Of a DNA stretch of 64,000 nt, positions 1 through 9,716 are shown piece by piece. The translations under genes were made by a program, and so were the position numbers. Within the stretch, counting starts at the first letter, position 1, and each line of letters starts with the position of its first letter. The notes below the pieces were generated by a model. That model saw only the letters and a list, made by a program, of their open reading frames with translations. It had not been told where the DNA came from and ran no database searches. The stretch comes from Vulcanimicrobiota bacterium (GTDB lineage: Bacteria > Vulcanimicrobiota > Xenobia > Xenobiales > JADMJV01). The stretch is taken from contig JBFWNU010000001.1 in NCBI GenBank assembly GCA_050250895.1, positions 3,012,891 through 3,076,890 of the forward strand, given 5' to 3'.

Positions 1-393
1 ACGCTGGTGGTTCAGTATCACACTCTGGGGGCCGACCTGGCGCCGCTTGAGCTCGAACTCTCGCGGGGGCGGGTCACCGACCAGGATTCGGCCGTCCGGT
101 TGCTGGCACCAGACCACCCCGTCTTCACCACCCCCAACCGGATCGGCCCGGCCGACTTCCAGGGCTGGGTCCACGAGCGAGGACTCTACTTTGCCTCGAG
201 CTGGCATCCAGATTTTCAGCCCCTGCTCTCATGCCATGACCCGGGCGAGCCGGCGCTCGAGGGCGGCTTGCTGGTGGCCCCCTTCGGACGGGGTTATCTG
301 GTCTACACCGGGCTTTCGCTCTTTCGCCAGCTACCGGCCGGCGTGCCCGGAGCCTATCGTTTGCTGGCCAATCTGGTGGCCCTGGGAGCCTGA
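1..393 (+). CDS. LmbE/PIG-L family deacetylase, C-terminal part (5' truncated by window)
   Basis: GRVTD...APDHPVFTTPNRIGPADFQGWVHERGLYF and YTGLSLFRQLPAGVPGAYRLLANL are typical of the C-terminus of long LmbE-family proteins. Confidence 0.75.
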   Translation, partial: TLVVQYHTLGADLAPLELELSRGRVTDQDSAVRLLAPDHPVFTTPNRIGPADFQGWVHERGLYFASSWHPDFQPLLSCHDPGEPALEGGLLVAPFGRGYLVYTGLSLFRQLPAGVPGAYRLLANLVALGA

Positions 394-1142
394 TGATCAT
401 TTGTCTCGGCCAACAGCCCTGCGGCTTTCTACCCAAGCGGTTTCTGGTGGCCAAGTTGCTCACCGCCCGCCGTGTGCAGCAAGAGGCGGGCGGGCGCCTG
501 GTGTTGTTCTATCACGACAGCGACCATGATCACCGCGAGACGCGCACCAGTCTACGCGACGCCCAGGGCCGCCTCGAGCACCTCAACTTCGCCGTGGCCG
601 ACAAGCTCGAACGCAAGTATACACCGCTCTACCTCAAGACCATCGCGGCCGGGTGGCAAGAAAAGATGGCTCGTCGCCTGCCGCGTTTTGCCCCTGAGCT
701 GGTCGACCTGTTCCTTTCCGTCCAGGCCACCCGAGTGGCCGATTTCTGTCTGGAGATGTATCAAGGCCTGGGTCTGCTCGACGGCGTCGAGGTGGTGCGC
801 TCCAGCGACCCGGCGGTGCGCCGCGCGGCCGTGCGGGTGTCGGATTACTATGCCGACCTGCCCTACCAGGGCAGGGTGGTCAGGGCCAGGGCAGGGCCCG
901 GAGGGTATCGGCTTCATCAGGGCGGAGAGTCTTATCTGCAGGTGCGGGCCGAGAACGTCGATCCCGAGCAAATCAGCCCCACTCGGGACAGTCGACTGGT
1001 GTGGATGCAGTCGGTGATCGGCTGCACCCACTATGTGGCTGGCGTCTCCGAGATGGTCTATCTGGACCGCGCCCAGACCCCTGCGATCACCTTTGTCGAG
1101 CGCGACTTCGTGGCGGACGCCGCGCTCGCATGGACGGGCTAG
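393..1142 (+). CDS. Short BshC-like protein (bacillithiol cysteine-adding enzyme family)
   Basis: N-terminal GQQ, FYHDSDHD and C-terminal YVAGVSEMVY match BshC motifs GQQ, FWxxxEDHD and YxGGPxExxY; TGATG coupling to the upstream LmbE gene. Confidence 0.6.
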   Translation: MIICLGQQPCGFLPKRFLVAKLLTARRVQQEAGGRLVLFYHDSDHDHRETRTSLRDAQGRLEHLNFAVADKLERKYTPLYLKTIAAGWQEKMARRLPRFAPELVDLFLSVQATRVADFCLEMYQGLGLLDGVEVVRSSDPAVRRAAVRVSDYYADLPYQGRVVRARAGPGGYRLHQGGESYLQVRAENVDPEQISPTRDSRLVWMQSVIGCTHYVAGVSEMVYLDRAQTPAITFVERDFVADAALAWTG

Positions 1143-2779
1143 GGTACCCACACCCCGCGCTCGAGTTGCACTCGGCCGCCCGGCAGCTTTTTGACGATGG
1201 TGTCGAGGTAGGCCGGGTTGAATTTCATGTTGATGTGGTTGGCGTTGTGAATGGACAGGTCTCCGCCGTGGGCGACCATGGCTCCCTCGACGCTGATCGA
1301 GCGCCCGGTGGCATGGATGTTGATTTCGTTGCGGGCATACACCAGGCCCCGAAAGGCAAGATCGTGGAGCACGCCCGCATCGGGCGGGCGGATGTTGACG
1401 TTGTTGCCGGAGTAGATCGAGAGATCCGATTGGGTGTCGCCTTCGATGTCGGCATAATTGGGATAGAGGCTGACGCTGCCGTCGGCCAGCAGCTTGCCGC
1501 TGCCGAAGACGTTGCCCTCGATGGTGATCTCGCCGCTGGCCGAGATCGACCCGCGGTCGGCCTGACCGTCATAGTCGGCGTCGAGGAATTGAATCGAGGG
1601 GACCTGACCCTCGATTTGCGAGAACACCCCAAAGTCACCGTCGACCCTGAGGTCGACATTCGCGCTCACCCCCACCGTGGCGGTGGCCAGGTTGGCCGAC
1701 ACCAGATTGGTCGGGTCGATGTAGAAGTCGAGGGTGTTGACGGCGTGGCCGACGGCCAGATCACCATTGAGACTGACCCACTCGTCGGTGTCGTAGTTTT
1801 CGGGCAAGGAGCCGTTGTAATACCACAGTTCCTGCACGTCTCCCGGTTCGAGCCGGCCATCCACCACCGCGTAGGCTCGGCGTTCCAGGGCGGACACATT
1901 GGCCGTGGCCTGCTCTCCCTCGGCGTTGATGTAGCTGACGTTGCGCTGGGTGAAGACATAGATACCGGGATTGATGGTGACGGCTTGCTCGGCCACCTGT
2001 ACCTCGGAGCGCTGCAGATTGTGGACCTCGTAGTAGGTCTTGGAGCGGGGCAGAAAACGTCCCTGGGTGGCGCTGACCGCGGCCTCCAGGTCGGTCGTAT
2101 TTTCCATGTTTTTCGAGCCCAGGCTAATCCCGCCGTTGGCCCACAACACGCCCTTCTCGGACGAGTTGGGGGCTGGTTGAAAGTCGACCTGAGACGCGGG
2201 AGGGGCGATAATATCTCTCTTGCTACGAATGAAGTTGCGCGTGGGGTCGGTGCTGGCCACGTTGAGTTGATTGGCGTCGAAGTTGATATTGTGGGTCGAG
2301 ACGGCCGACGAGTCGTAGAGTGGAGCGGTGTAGAGGAGGACTTGCCGCAACTGGCTCAGGCTGCCTCGGTTGACCGAGATGTCCAGGCGGCAACCCCCGG
2401 CCGGGACCCCGTCGGACTCGGCCGAGCCTTCGATGTTATTGTGAATGACCACCTCATACTGGGTGTCGAGCCCCACCACTTCGCCGGCCACGCGGGTGGT
2501 ATTCTTGATCTCGTTGACGGTGAGAATGGCGGCCACCTCGCCGTCGACCCCGTCGCTGGAAAATGGGTTGGCCGCCCAGCTCTTGTCGTGCTCGAGGCGA
2601 TAGAAACAGTATTCATAAACGCTGCGAGCGGCCCGCTCGAGGTTGGCCCGATGGTCGGTGTTGTTGATGAAACTGAACTGGTGCGAATTGAGTTGGACGA
2701 AGGCCCCCATGAGCACAAGCATCAGGGCCGCCACGGCAAAGACCAGAAATAGCGCGATTCCTCGTTGTGATCGTCTCAA
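1139..2779 (-). CDS. PilX-like minor pilin with large beta-rich C-terminal domain
   Basis: Class III signal RRSQRG|IALFLV plus hydrophobic helix; AARSVYEY helix; GLVYA/GAMVA beta repeats. Confidence 0.7.
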   Translation of the reverse strand: MRRSQRGIALFLVFAVAALMLVLMGAFVQLNSHQFSFINNTDHRANLERAARSVYEYCFYRLEHDKSWAANPFSSDGVDGEVAAILTVNEIKNTTRVAGEVVGLDTQYEVVIHNNIEGSAESDGVPAGGCRLDISVNRGSLSQLRQVLLYTAPLYDSSAVSTHNINFDANQLNVASTDPTRNFIRSKRDIIAPPASQVDFQPAPNSSEKGVLWANGGISLGSKNMENTTDLEAAVSATQGRFLPRSKTYYEVHNLQRSEVQVAEQAVTINPGIYVFTQRNVSYINAEGEQATANVSALERRAYAVVDGRLEPGDVQELWYYNGSLPENYDTDEWVSLNGDLAVGHAVNTLDFYIDPTNLVSANLATATVGVSANVDLRVDGDFGVFSQIEGQVPSIQFLDADYDGQADRGSISASGEITIEGNVFGSGKLLADGSVSLYPNYADIEGDTQSDLSIYSGNNVNIRPPDAGVLHDLAFRGLVYARNEINIHATGRSISVEGAMVAHGGDLSIHNANHINMKFNPAYLDTIVKKLPGGRVQLERGVWVP

Positions 2780-2790
2780 TTCTGTCCTCC

Positions 2791-3492
2791 CTAGATGCCC
2801 GGATAGCTATTCATGGCTTCGACGCTCAAGACCGTCTCGTGAACTTCATCCACCGTCTGGTTGCTGTTGACTCGTTTACCGCCCTTTTGCCGTAGCAGCA
2901 GTTTGAAATCGAGCACCTGACGGGTCTGGTTCTTGCCCACTTCGAATTCTAGCACATGCTTGGAGAGGGTGCCGGAGCGAACGACGTTGGCGTTGGTGTT
3001 GGGCAGATCGCTGATGTTGATGGCCAGCTCGTCGTAAGGGACCGGCCCCGGCAGGGGACCGAGATTCACTTCTTGGCGCACCAGCAAGCCCTCTTCGTCA
3101 CGGGTGGCGTAATAGACGATGTAGCGGTCCCAGCGGGGCAGACCGCTGGGGAAGAAGTTGGCCGGATTGTGCCAATCCGACAGCCCGACAAAGGCGACGG
3201 CATCCCGTCGAAGGCTGGCTCCGCCAGGCAGGTTGATGGTGCGCGGCACCACCGTGATCGAGCGGAAATGGGTGGGGGAGGCGTCGGCCTTGAAGCGCGT
3301 GGCCGAAGCCTGGGCATCGCCCAGCAAGCCCTGGCGCAAAACGGCGTGCTGAAAGCCCCGGCTACCGAATTGAAAGAGGGCGAATACCACCAGCATGACG
3401 ACGGAGAGGATGGCCAGTACGACCACTGCCTCGAGGACGGAAAAGCCGGTTCTTAGTCTTCGTAGTAGCGTAACTGCTCGATTCTGGTCCAC
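2791..3492 (-). CDS. PilW/PulJ-like prepilin protein (start uncertain)
   Basis: RRLRTG|FSVLE prepilin cleavage/methylation motif followed by hydrophobic helix. Confidence 0.75.
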   Translation of the reverse strand: MDQNRAVTLLRRLRTGFSVLEAVVVLAILSVVMLVVFALFQFGSRGFQHAVLRQGLLGDAQASATRFKADASPTHFRSITVVPRTINLPGGASLRRDAVAFVGLSDWHNPANFFPSGLPRWDRYIVYYATRDEEGLLVRQEVNLGPLPGPVPYDELAINISDLPNTNANVVRSGTLSKHVLEFEVGKNQTRQVLDFKLLLRQKGGKRVNSNQTVDEVHETVLSVEAMNSYPGI

Positions 3493-3896
3493 AGCTTGCC
3501 GACCTCACGGCGAGAGCCCGTGCTGTCGTGGGCGCCGTTCCACCAGTAGACTTCCACCTGAACATGATACACATTGCCCATGGGATAGGTGGGTTTGGGA
3601 GTGGTCAGTCGGACCGGGGTCACCGAATAAGTGAAGGATGTGCCGGAATAGTTGTCGTGCGAATACAGGTTGATCTGCGTCGCTCCGGCCCCGACACCCC
3701 AGCCGGGGGGGCCCTCTTGAAGGGCTCGGTCGAGCACTTTTTCGGCCAGCGCGCGACCGACGGATTGGTCTGCGTTCTTCACGCCAGCCGTCAGTAACTT
3801 CGAAAAGACGCCGATGACTGCCAGCGCGATGGTGGTGAGCAACCCTAGCGCCAACACCGTCTCCGCCAGGGTCAGCCCCTGTCGAACTTTTCCCAT
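3453..3896 (-). CDS. PilV-like prepilin protein
   Basis: KVRQG|LTLAE motif; C-terminal HVQVEVYW strand typical of PilV-like pilins. Confidence 0.75.
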   Translation of the reverse strand: MGKVRQGLTLAETVLALGLLTTIALAVIGVFSKLLTAGVKNADQSVGRALAEKVLDRALQEGPPGWGVGAGATQINLYSHDNYSGTSFTYSVTPVRLTTPKPTYPMGNVYHVQVEVYWWNGAHDSTGSRREVGKLWTRIEQLRYYED

Positions 3897-3943
3897 GACC
3901 GCTAGATTAGCAAAGAGTTGTAAACTTTCTGTGAACGACCTGG

Positions 3944-5329
3944 CTACCAGGTGGCCGTGGCGATCGAGTGGGCGGGTAGCTCGAGGGGGGCCGCTTGGCC
4001 CTCTTGCCAGAGCCAGACCGTACCCGGGTTGTCGCTCTCGTTCATCACGATGGCCACGGTTTTTCGCTCGACCAGGAAGGCGGTGGCTCGAACCTCTTTC
4101 GAGGTCGAGGTGCAGGCGATGCGGCGGGCTCCCGGCGGCAGAAACTTCGAGAAATGGCCGATGTAGTAGTAGCTGGCCATGTAACGCAATTTTCCCTGGG
4201 CATCCTTATGCACCGGTGCGTAGCAGAAGTTGTTGACATGGTTAGGTCCGCCGCGTTCGTCGAGCAGGATGTTCCAGTCGGTCCATCCGCAGGTCCAGTT
4301 GTTGAAGTCGTCGATCATGGCCCGACCGTAGTTCTCGCCCCAGTGCCATTCGTCGAAGTGCTCCCAGCTGAACGGATAGTTGCACCCCTCGCTAAAGAGT
4401 AAGGCCTTGTCGGGAAAGGCGTCGTGGACCTGACGGACGTTATCCGCCCGGGCCCCGTCATACCAGTGAAAGGCGGTTCCCCAGACATAGCCGGCGGCCT
4501 TGGGATCCGACAACAGGGTGCTGGCGCGCTGATAGAGCAGGTTGCGATTGTGATCCCAGATCATCAGCTTGAGACCAAGGCCCTCGAGAGCGGGCCCAAG
4601 ATGATCGACCACAAAGTCGCGCTCTTCTTGGGCCGTGTAGATGCAAGACTCCCAGGTCTGGGTGGCCATGGGCTCGTTCTGCACGGTCAGTCCCCAGATA
4701 GGAATTCCCTGCTTTCGGTATTCCTCGACGAAGCGCACGTAATAGCGGGCCCAGACCGAGGCCCACTCGGGCTTGAGTTTGCCTCCGTGGAGCATCTCGT
4801 TGTTGCTTTTCATCCAGGCGGGCGGGCTCCAGGGAGAGGCGAAGATCTTCAGCTCGGGCGCCCGTTCGAGCACCTTTTTGATGAACGGCACCCGATAACG
4901 CAGGTCGGGTGCGATGGAGAAGGTGGCCAGTTCGCGGTCCTCAGGCTCGGTATAGGCATAGCTGGCGCTGGAAAAGTCGCAACTGTTGATGTGGGTCCTG
5001 GCCAGACTGTAACCGATGCCGGTCTGGCGGTCGAAATAGGCGGTGAGCAACTCTTGCTGGGCGGCCGGCGAGAGACTGGCCCAGGTCTCGGCGGCGGCGT
5101 CGGTGAGGGCCCCGCCGATCCCCTCCAACGTCTGATACTGCTGGCTCGGGTCGAGAAAGACGGTGGTCATGGACTCGTCGGGTTGAGGCCGAGGAGCAAA
5201 GGTGATGATCCCTTTCGGGCTCAATCGATCGTTGCTGTCTTTGGCCGTCAGGGTGACCTCGGCGGTCTGGCCCAGACAGGGCAAAGCAAGAGCAAAAAGG
5301 AGCGACAGTATCAGGGTGGTGCGAAGCAT
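3944..5329 (-). CDS. Glycoside hydrolase family 30 (glucosylceramidase-like), secreted
   Basis: Signal peptide MLRTTLILSLLF; GIGGALTDA, SCDFS, SPWSPPAWMK, TVQNEP, FSEGC, WTDWN, HFSKF motifs; start trimmed to ATG 5329. Confidence 0.92.
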   Translation of the reverse strand: MLRTTLILSLLFALALPCLGQTAEVTLTAKDSNDRLSPKGIITFAPRPQPDESMTTVFLDPSQQYQTLEGIGGALTDAAAETWASLSPAAQQELLTAYFDRQTGIGYSLARTHINSCDFSSASYAYTEPEDRELATFSIAPDLRYRVPFIKKVLERAPELKIFASPWSPPAWMKSNNEMLHGGKLKPEWASVWARYYVRFVEEYRKQGIPIWGLTVQNEPMATQTWESCIYTAQEERDFVVDHLGPALEGLGLKLMIWDHNRNLLYQRASTLLSDPKAAGYVWGTAFHWYDGARADNVRQVHDAFPDKALLFSEGCNYPFSWEHFDEWHWGENYGRAMIDDFNNWTCGWTDWNILLDERGGPNHVNNFCYAPVHKDAQGKLRYMASYYYIGHFSKFLPPGARRIACTSTSKEVRATAFLVERKTVAIVMNESDNPGTVWLWQEGQAAPLELPAHSIATATW

Positions 5330-5540
5330 TGGCGAGGATTCGCTTCGGCCGGGATTTTCCCCGTCGTTACGGTTGAGTGAATTTTTCTCCACCAGTCTAT
5401 CCACAGCAGTGGACAGTTCACGACTCGGAAACGATCGGCCCGCCAGGACAGCAGCATCCGAGGCGGCGGCCAGGTTCCGGCAAGGGTAAAAGTTTAACAG
5501 AGGTGGGTCACTACGGCTCGTTGAAAAATAGGAAGCGGGG

Positions 5541-5981
5541 ATGCCCCGCGATCTTGAGGGGAGAGGGATTTCTGTGCTAGAACAACCGGGCGCCATTGGG
5601 CGCGAGCAAGCCACCCACGACACCGACCGCCTGCACGTCGAGAAGGTCGCCAAATCGCTGGTCTGGATGCAGACCATCTTTCTGGGGATGCTCTTACTGG
5701 GTTTCGGGGCCGGCTTTCTGATGGTGGCCGCCAACGTCGACGAGGACGCCGTCTTCGGTTTGATCGGGCTGGCCTGCATCATTCCGTTGATCTGCTTCTA
5801 TGTGATGGTTTATCGCTGCGCCGCCGGAATCGGTCGTTCCGGCCTGCTGTGGGTCCTGTTCTGTATTTTTTTCCGGGGCTTGATCCCGATGATCATCCTG
5901 AGCTATTTGACCCGCAAATGGGTCGAAGAGCGAGGCGTTCGCTTGCGCATGCTGGGGCTTGGTTACGACATGCCTAACTAA
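5541..5981 (+). CDS. Hypothetical membrane protein (about 3 TM)
   Basis: ORF with several hydrophobic helices, divergent from GH30; start uncertain. Confidence 0.6.
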   Translation: MPRDLEGRGISVLEQPGAIGREQATHDTDRLHVEKVAKSLVWMQTIFLGMLLLGFGAGFLMVAANVDEDAVFGLIGLACIIPLICFYVMVYRCAAGIGRSGLLWVLFCIFFRGLIPMIILSYLTRKWVEERGVRLRMLGLGYDMPN

Positions 5982-6639
5982 GGAAGGCCGCCAGCACCGC
6001 CACCAGCACGGGTAGAGCCAGGCAGATGCCGAGCAGCCACAGCACCCACTTTAAGGTGTCATCCTGGTATTCGACGTATTCGATGGCCAGGGGTTCGGGT
6101 GTCACTGCCAGCACTCTTTCGGGTTCGCCTTCGACCAGGTCGAGGTTGAGCACTTTGGCCAGGCTCTGCGCCTCGACGATGGCTTTGCCGCGATCCTTCT
6201 CGAGCGGGCTGATCAGGGTGAACTGGCGGCCGTCCTGCAGCACCAGGGCCAGGCCATACTCCCACCACACCCCCTGTTTGTTGGCTCGCTTCTCGGGCCG
6301 CACGGCCAGTCGATAGAACTGGTCGAAGTTGCCTATCGGGCAGAGTCGGTTTCGACCAAAGAATTTTCGCACGAAGGTCAGCTCCCGGGCTTCGAAGTCG
6401 AACACGAAGTGGTCGTCGAGCCGGTAGCGAAGCCAGCCACCCAGCCCGGCCAGGCAGGCGAGCAGCAGCACGACCCCACCCTGTAGTCGGTCAAAGCCTG
6501 AACTGGCCCACCCCACCGCCAGCGCCAAGAGGAACAGGCTGGTCAGACAGGTGAAGACGGTCAGGCCGCTTTCTAGCGGAGTCTCGGGGTCGACCACCAG
6601 TTGCGACGGTCGTTCTCCGGGGCGAATGTTGTCGCTCAC
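5974..6639 (-). CDS. Hypothetical membrane protein, paralog of 18985-20019 repeats
   Basis: Two N-terminal TMs, soluble beta domain (DDHFVFDF...FVRKFFG...WEYGLAL), C-terminal TM. Confidence 0.65.
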   Translation of the reverse strand: MSDNIRPGERPSQLVVDPETPLESGLTVFTCLTSLFLLALAVGWASSGFDRLQGGVVLLLACLAGLGGWLRYRLDDHFVFDFEARELTFVRKFFGRNRLCPIGNFDQFYRLAVRPEKRANKQGVWWEYGLALVLQDGRQFTLISPLEKDRGKAIVEAQSLAKVLNLDLVEGEPERVLAVTPEPLAIEYVEYQDDTLKWVLWLLGICLALPVLVAVLAAFLS

Positions 6640-7955
6640 AGATGCCGCTCGAGGGCGTAGGACGAACAGCGGATGGCGCCTTCGAGCACGGTGATGGCGG
6701 CCATGGCGAGGGGCACCACCTCGAAGCCGTGACGCTCGTAGGCCTGGCGGGCCAATCGGTCGAGAGGCTCGCAGTCATACTGGGGCAGATAGACCTTCTT
6801 CACGTCGTCATAGACTTCCATGATGCAGTTGTTGTAGGTCAGGTAAGGCAACGAGTGGGTGAAGCGTTGGCCCAGCAGACAGGGAATGCGTTCTACCTCG
6901 TAGTGGGGCGAAAGCTCGCGGGCCAGGTTGTCGAAGTTGGCCTGATGGCCGCGGTTCTCGGCGATGAGCTCGCCCACCAGATCGCGGCTCGGGTCGAGGC
7001 CGGCGGCAGCGGCCATCTTCTGGCTGACCTGCTGGCGCTCATCGGCCCCAAGGTCGGCGAGCACTCGCGAGGCTAGTCCCGGGTCGCCCACCATGAAGTT
7101 CTCGTCGCCGATGGGAGTGGCCACCATGTCGATGTGAAAGGCTGGTTGCGTCTCGACTTCGGGAGTGTTGGGGTCGTCCTGGCCCACCACCAGCGCGGGC
7201 TTGCCAAACTCGTGCTCGAAGAGCTTGACCGCCAGTTCGTTCCAGTTGCGGTCTCCGCCCACCAATTCGCGCAGGCGGGCGGCGGTGTGCTCGACCGAGT
7301 CGAGGCCGACAATCAGTTGGTGGCGGTTGCTCAAGATGTTGCCCCCGTCGAGGCGCAGCCCCGGGTGGGCTTCGGCCTGCACCGGCAGGTTGAAGGGAAC
7401 GGCCTGCTCGTCGGGTCCGGCGAAGTAGGTGCGGTCCTGGACCAGCACTCGGGTGCCCTGGTCGCTCCAGACCGGCAGCATCGAGTCGCGAATCCAGATG
7501 GAGAAGCCCTGCTCAGAATCCAATCCGACGATTTTCACTCGCTGCGGATTGGCGATGCCGGTGTCGTCGACCAACTTTTTCAGGTCTTCGACGCCGCGGG
7601 CGTCGGCGGCCACGATGGTGAACTTCGTCTCGGGGTGCATGTTGGTGAGCAGCTTGCGATAGACTCCCAACACCGCTTTGCGAGCCACCTCGGGCAGAGG
7701 CTTGTCGAATTCCCTGTTGCCGAACTGCAAGGCCAGATGGCCGATGCGACCTTCGCTGTCCGGCAGCAAGAGCCCGGCCGGGCCGAACAATCCCGGAATG
7801 GCCGCGGCCAGGGCGGTTTGATGAGGCGAAGGCGGGAGGACCGGTCGGCTGGGGCCGGCCGGCTGGTAAACGTCAACTGGCCCCGTCGCCCGGCTGCTAG
7901 CGAGGCGAGTGGGGGCCAGATTGCGATAGGTGGCAAGCTGCCGGCCGATGATCAT
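6636..7955 (-). CDS. Pentein-family deiminase (agmatine/peptidylarginine deiminase-like)
   Basis: WIRD, DGGN, FHID, TYNN and C-terminal GAIRC catalytic motifs. Confidence 0.75.
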   Translation of the reverse strand: MIIGRQLATYRNLAPTRLASSRATGPVDVYQPAGPSRPVLPPSPHQTALAAAIPGLFGPAGLLLPDSEGRIGHLALQFGNREFDKPLPEVARKAVLGVYRKLLTNMHPETKFTIVAADARGVEDLKKLVDDTGIANPQRVKIVGLDSEQGFSIWIRDSMLPVWSDQGTRVLVQDRTYFAGPDEQAVPFNLPVQAEAHPGLRLDGGNILSNRHQLIVGLDSVEHTAARLRELVGGDRNWNELAVKLFEHEFGKPALVVGQDDPNTPEVETQPAFHIDMVATPIGDENFMVGDPGLASRVLADLGADERQQVSQKMAAAAGLDPSRDLVGELIAENRGHQANFDNLARELSPHYEVERIPCLLGQRFTHSLPYLTYNNCIMEVYDDVKKVYLPQYDCEPLDRLARQAYERHGFEVVPLAMAAITVLEGAIRCSSYALERHL

Positions 7956-8071
7956 CGGCTATATTCTACGGCGTTTGGCTCAAAAATGCCTGAATCAGGC
8001 TAGCTTCCATTGGGCTACGCCCGCCCGCATGAAACTACCCTGAATTTCCTCGGGTGTGCTAAACTTGGCCA

Positions 8072-8542
8072 ATGGGGTCCAGGGTAACACTTCGCTTTCT
8101 AGCCGAGCCGAGTGATGTCAACTTCGGCGGCAAAGTCCACGGCGGCACGGTCATGAAGTGGATCGACCAGGCTGCCTACGCCTGCGCCGCCAACTGGAGC
8201 GGCCGCTATTGCGTGACCGTCTATGTGGGCGGGATCCGCTTTTACCATCCCGTCCACATCGGTTATCTGGTCGAGGTGAAAGCCCGTATCATCGACACCG
8301 GCAACACCAGCATGCACATCAGCGTCGACGTCTGGGCTCGCGACCCTCGCCAGTCAGAAGGCACCAAGACCACCCATTGCATCGTGGTCTTCGTGGCCCT
8401 CGACGACCAGGGCCAACCCACCCCCGTTCCTCCCTGGCACCCCGGCGACGGCGAGGAAGAGGCTCTCCAGGGCTACGCCCGCCGACTGGTCGAACTGCGG
8501 CGTTCGATTGAAGAGGAGATGCGCCCGTTCCATGACGGTTAA
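8072..8542 (+). CDS. Acyl-CoA thioesterase (hotdog fold, YciA-like)
   Basis: DVNFGGKVHGGTVMKWID, TGNTSMHI, VFVALD motifs. Confidence 0.92.
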   Translation: MGSRVTLRFLAEPSDVNFGGKVHGGTVMKWIDQAAYACAANWSGRYCVTVYVGGIRFYHPVHIGYLVEVKARIIDTGNTSMHISVDVWARDPRQSEGTKTTHCIVVFVALDDQGQPTPVPPWHPGDGEEEALQGYARRLVELRRSIEEEMRPFHDG

Positions 8543-8849
8543 CGTCGATCGCTACCTGCTCGAGGCGCTGGACCTGGTGCAAGCGGGACGTAAGCGTCAG
8601 GCGGCCGAGGTGCTCGACCTCGTAGCCGTCATTTGCCGCTCCTGTGGTGAAGAGGAAGAGGCGCAGGATTATGAAGCTCTGGCTCGCTGGGCCCGCGCTG
8701 AAGGGGAAGACGATGACGGCACGACCGCCCCGCGCCGGCCACGACTACCGAGCGCCGGGGGCGCCGCCGCCCTGACCTTGCCGATCGAAGGCGCGCCCGC
8801 TCCTGATCTGCTGGGCACTCGCCACCCTGGCCGCGTGACCAGGCTGTGA
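8532..8849 (+). CDS. Hypothetical protein
   Basis: ORF overlapping the thioesterase stop; helical N-terminus; no family recognised. Confidence 0.5.
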   Translation: MTVNVDRYLLEALDLVQAGRKRQAAEVLDLVAVICRSCGEEEEAQDYEALARWARAEGEDDDGTTAPRRPRLPSAGGAAALTLPIEGAPAPDLLGTRHPGRVTRL

Positions 8850-8909
8850 CACCTTGTTAACCCCCCGCATCCGGCGGGCGGCTATCATAGAAGCTACAGG
8901 AGAGTCACT

Positions 8910-9182
8910 ATGAAAATCACACCACCTACAAACACGCTATCGTTCCCTCGCGCCCACCAGGCATCCTCGAACCAGCCCGAGCAACCCAAAGATCGGTTTT
9001 CCAGCTCCGAACCCGGCCCGTCTTTGATGACCCGCAGCGGCGGTTGGCAGCGCGCCAAGCCGCTAGTCGGCATGGGCGTCATGATGACGGGCATGATGGT
9101 CGGCGCTCAGATGGGCGCCCCCTGGGGCCCGGCAGTCATGATGGGCTCGATGTTCGCCGGCATGGCGATCATGGTCAGTTAA
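8910..9182 (+). CDS. Small Met/Gly-rich 2-TM protein with low-complexity N-terminus
   Basis: AGGAG RBS upstream; MKITPP...PKDRFSSS leader then hydrophobic hairpin. Confidence 0.65.
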   Translation: MKITPPTNTLSFPRAHQASSNQPEQPKDRFSSSEPGPSLMTRSGGWQRAKPLVGMGVMMTGMMVGAQMGAPWGPAVMMGSMFAGMAIMVS

Positions 9183-9218
9183 GAGGAGCATGGGCTTCCA
9201 TCGTTCAATCATTGGACG

Positions 9219-9713
9219 ATGAGAAGTCTACTGTTGTTGCTCGTAATGCTGACCGGTCTCGCCTGGGCCGAGACTTATGCCGATCCCACGCTAGGCGTAA
9301 AGTTGGACTATCCCTCGCACTGGGAGGTCATCCCCCAGGGCAGCTACCCGCTGGCGCTCAAATATCCGGGCAAGATCGTCGATCTGAACACCGAGCACGT
9401 GCGCCTCGAGGTGCAGCAACTCAGCGGCAACGGCGGCCTCGACATGGTGGCCGAGATGAGCCGCCACATGATCGAGTCGAGCTTTCCTAACCTCAAACTG
9501 GTCGAGTCCAAGGCGGTCGCCTTCGGCAACTTGCCGAACAGCCACCGCTTTCGCTTCGAGGGCACGCACATGGGCCGCTCGCTGGTGATTGTCGACCTGC
9601 TCGGCATGAAGAGTAACAAGAGCTACGAGCTGTGCATGATGGCCACCGCCGAGAACTACAAGAAGCAGATCAGCTATTTCGACAAGATGGCCGCCTCGTT
9701 GAAAGCCGACTAG
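9219..9713 (+). CDS. Secreted PsbP/DcrB-like protein
   Basis: Signal peptide (AWA); YADPTLGVKLDYPSHW and FDKMAASLK signatures of the PsbP/Mog1 fold. Confidence 0.6.
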   Translation: MRSLLLLLVMLTGLAWAETYADPTLGVKLDYPSHWEVIPQGSYPLALKYPGKIVDLNTEHVRLEVQQLSGNGGLDMVAEMSRHMIESSFPNLKLVESKAVAFGNLPNSHRFRFEGTHMGRSLVIVDLLGMKSNKSYELCMMATAENYKKQISYFDKMAASLKAD

Positions 9714-9716
9714 TCG

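Noticed and set aside
1001-2752. 583-aa plus-strand ORF and similar long antisense ORFs (22678-23988, 23874-25295, 43517-45196, 47503-49437)
   Set aside because: High-GC antisense shadows of well-supported genes.
5330-5782. 150-aa N-terminal extension of the GH30 ORF
   Set aside because: Overlaps the divergent membrane gene; the signal peptide starts at 5329.
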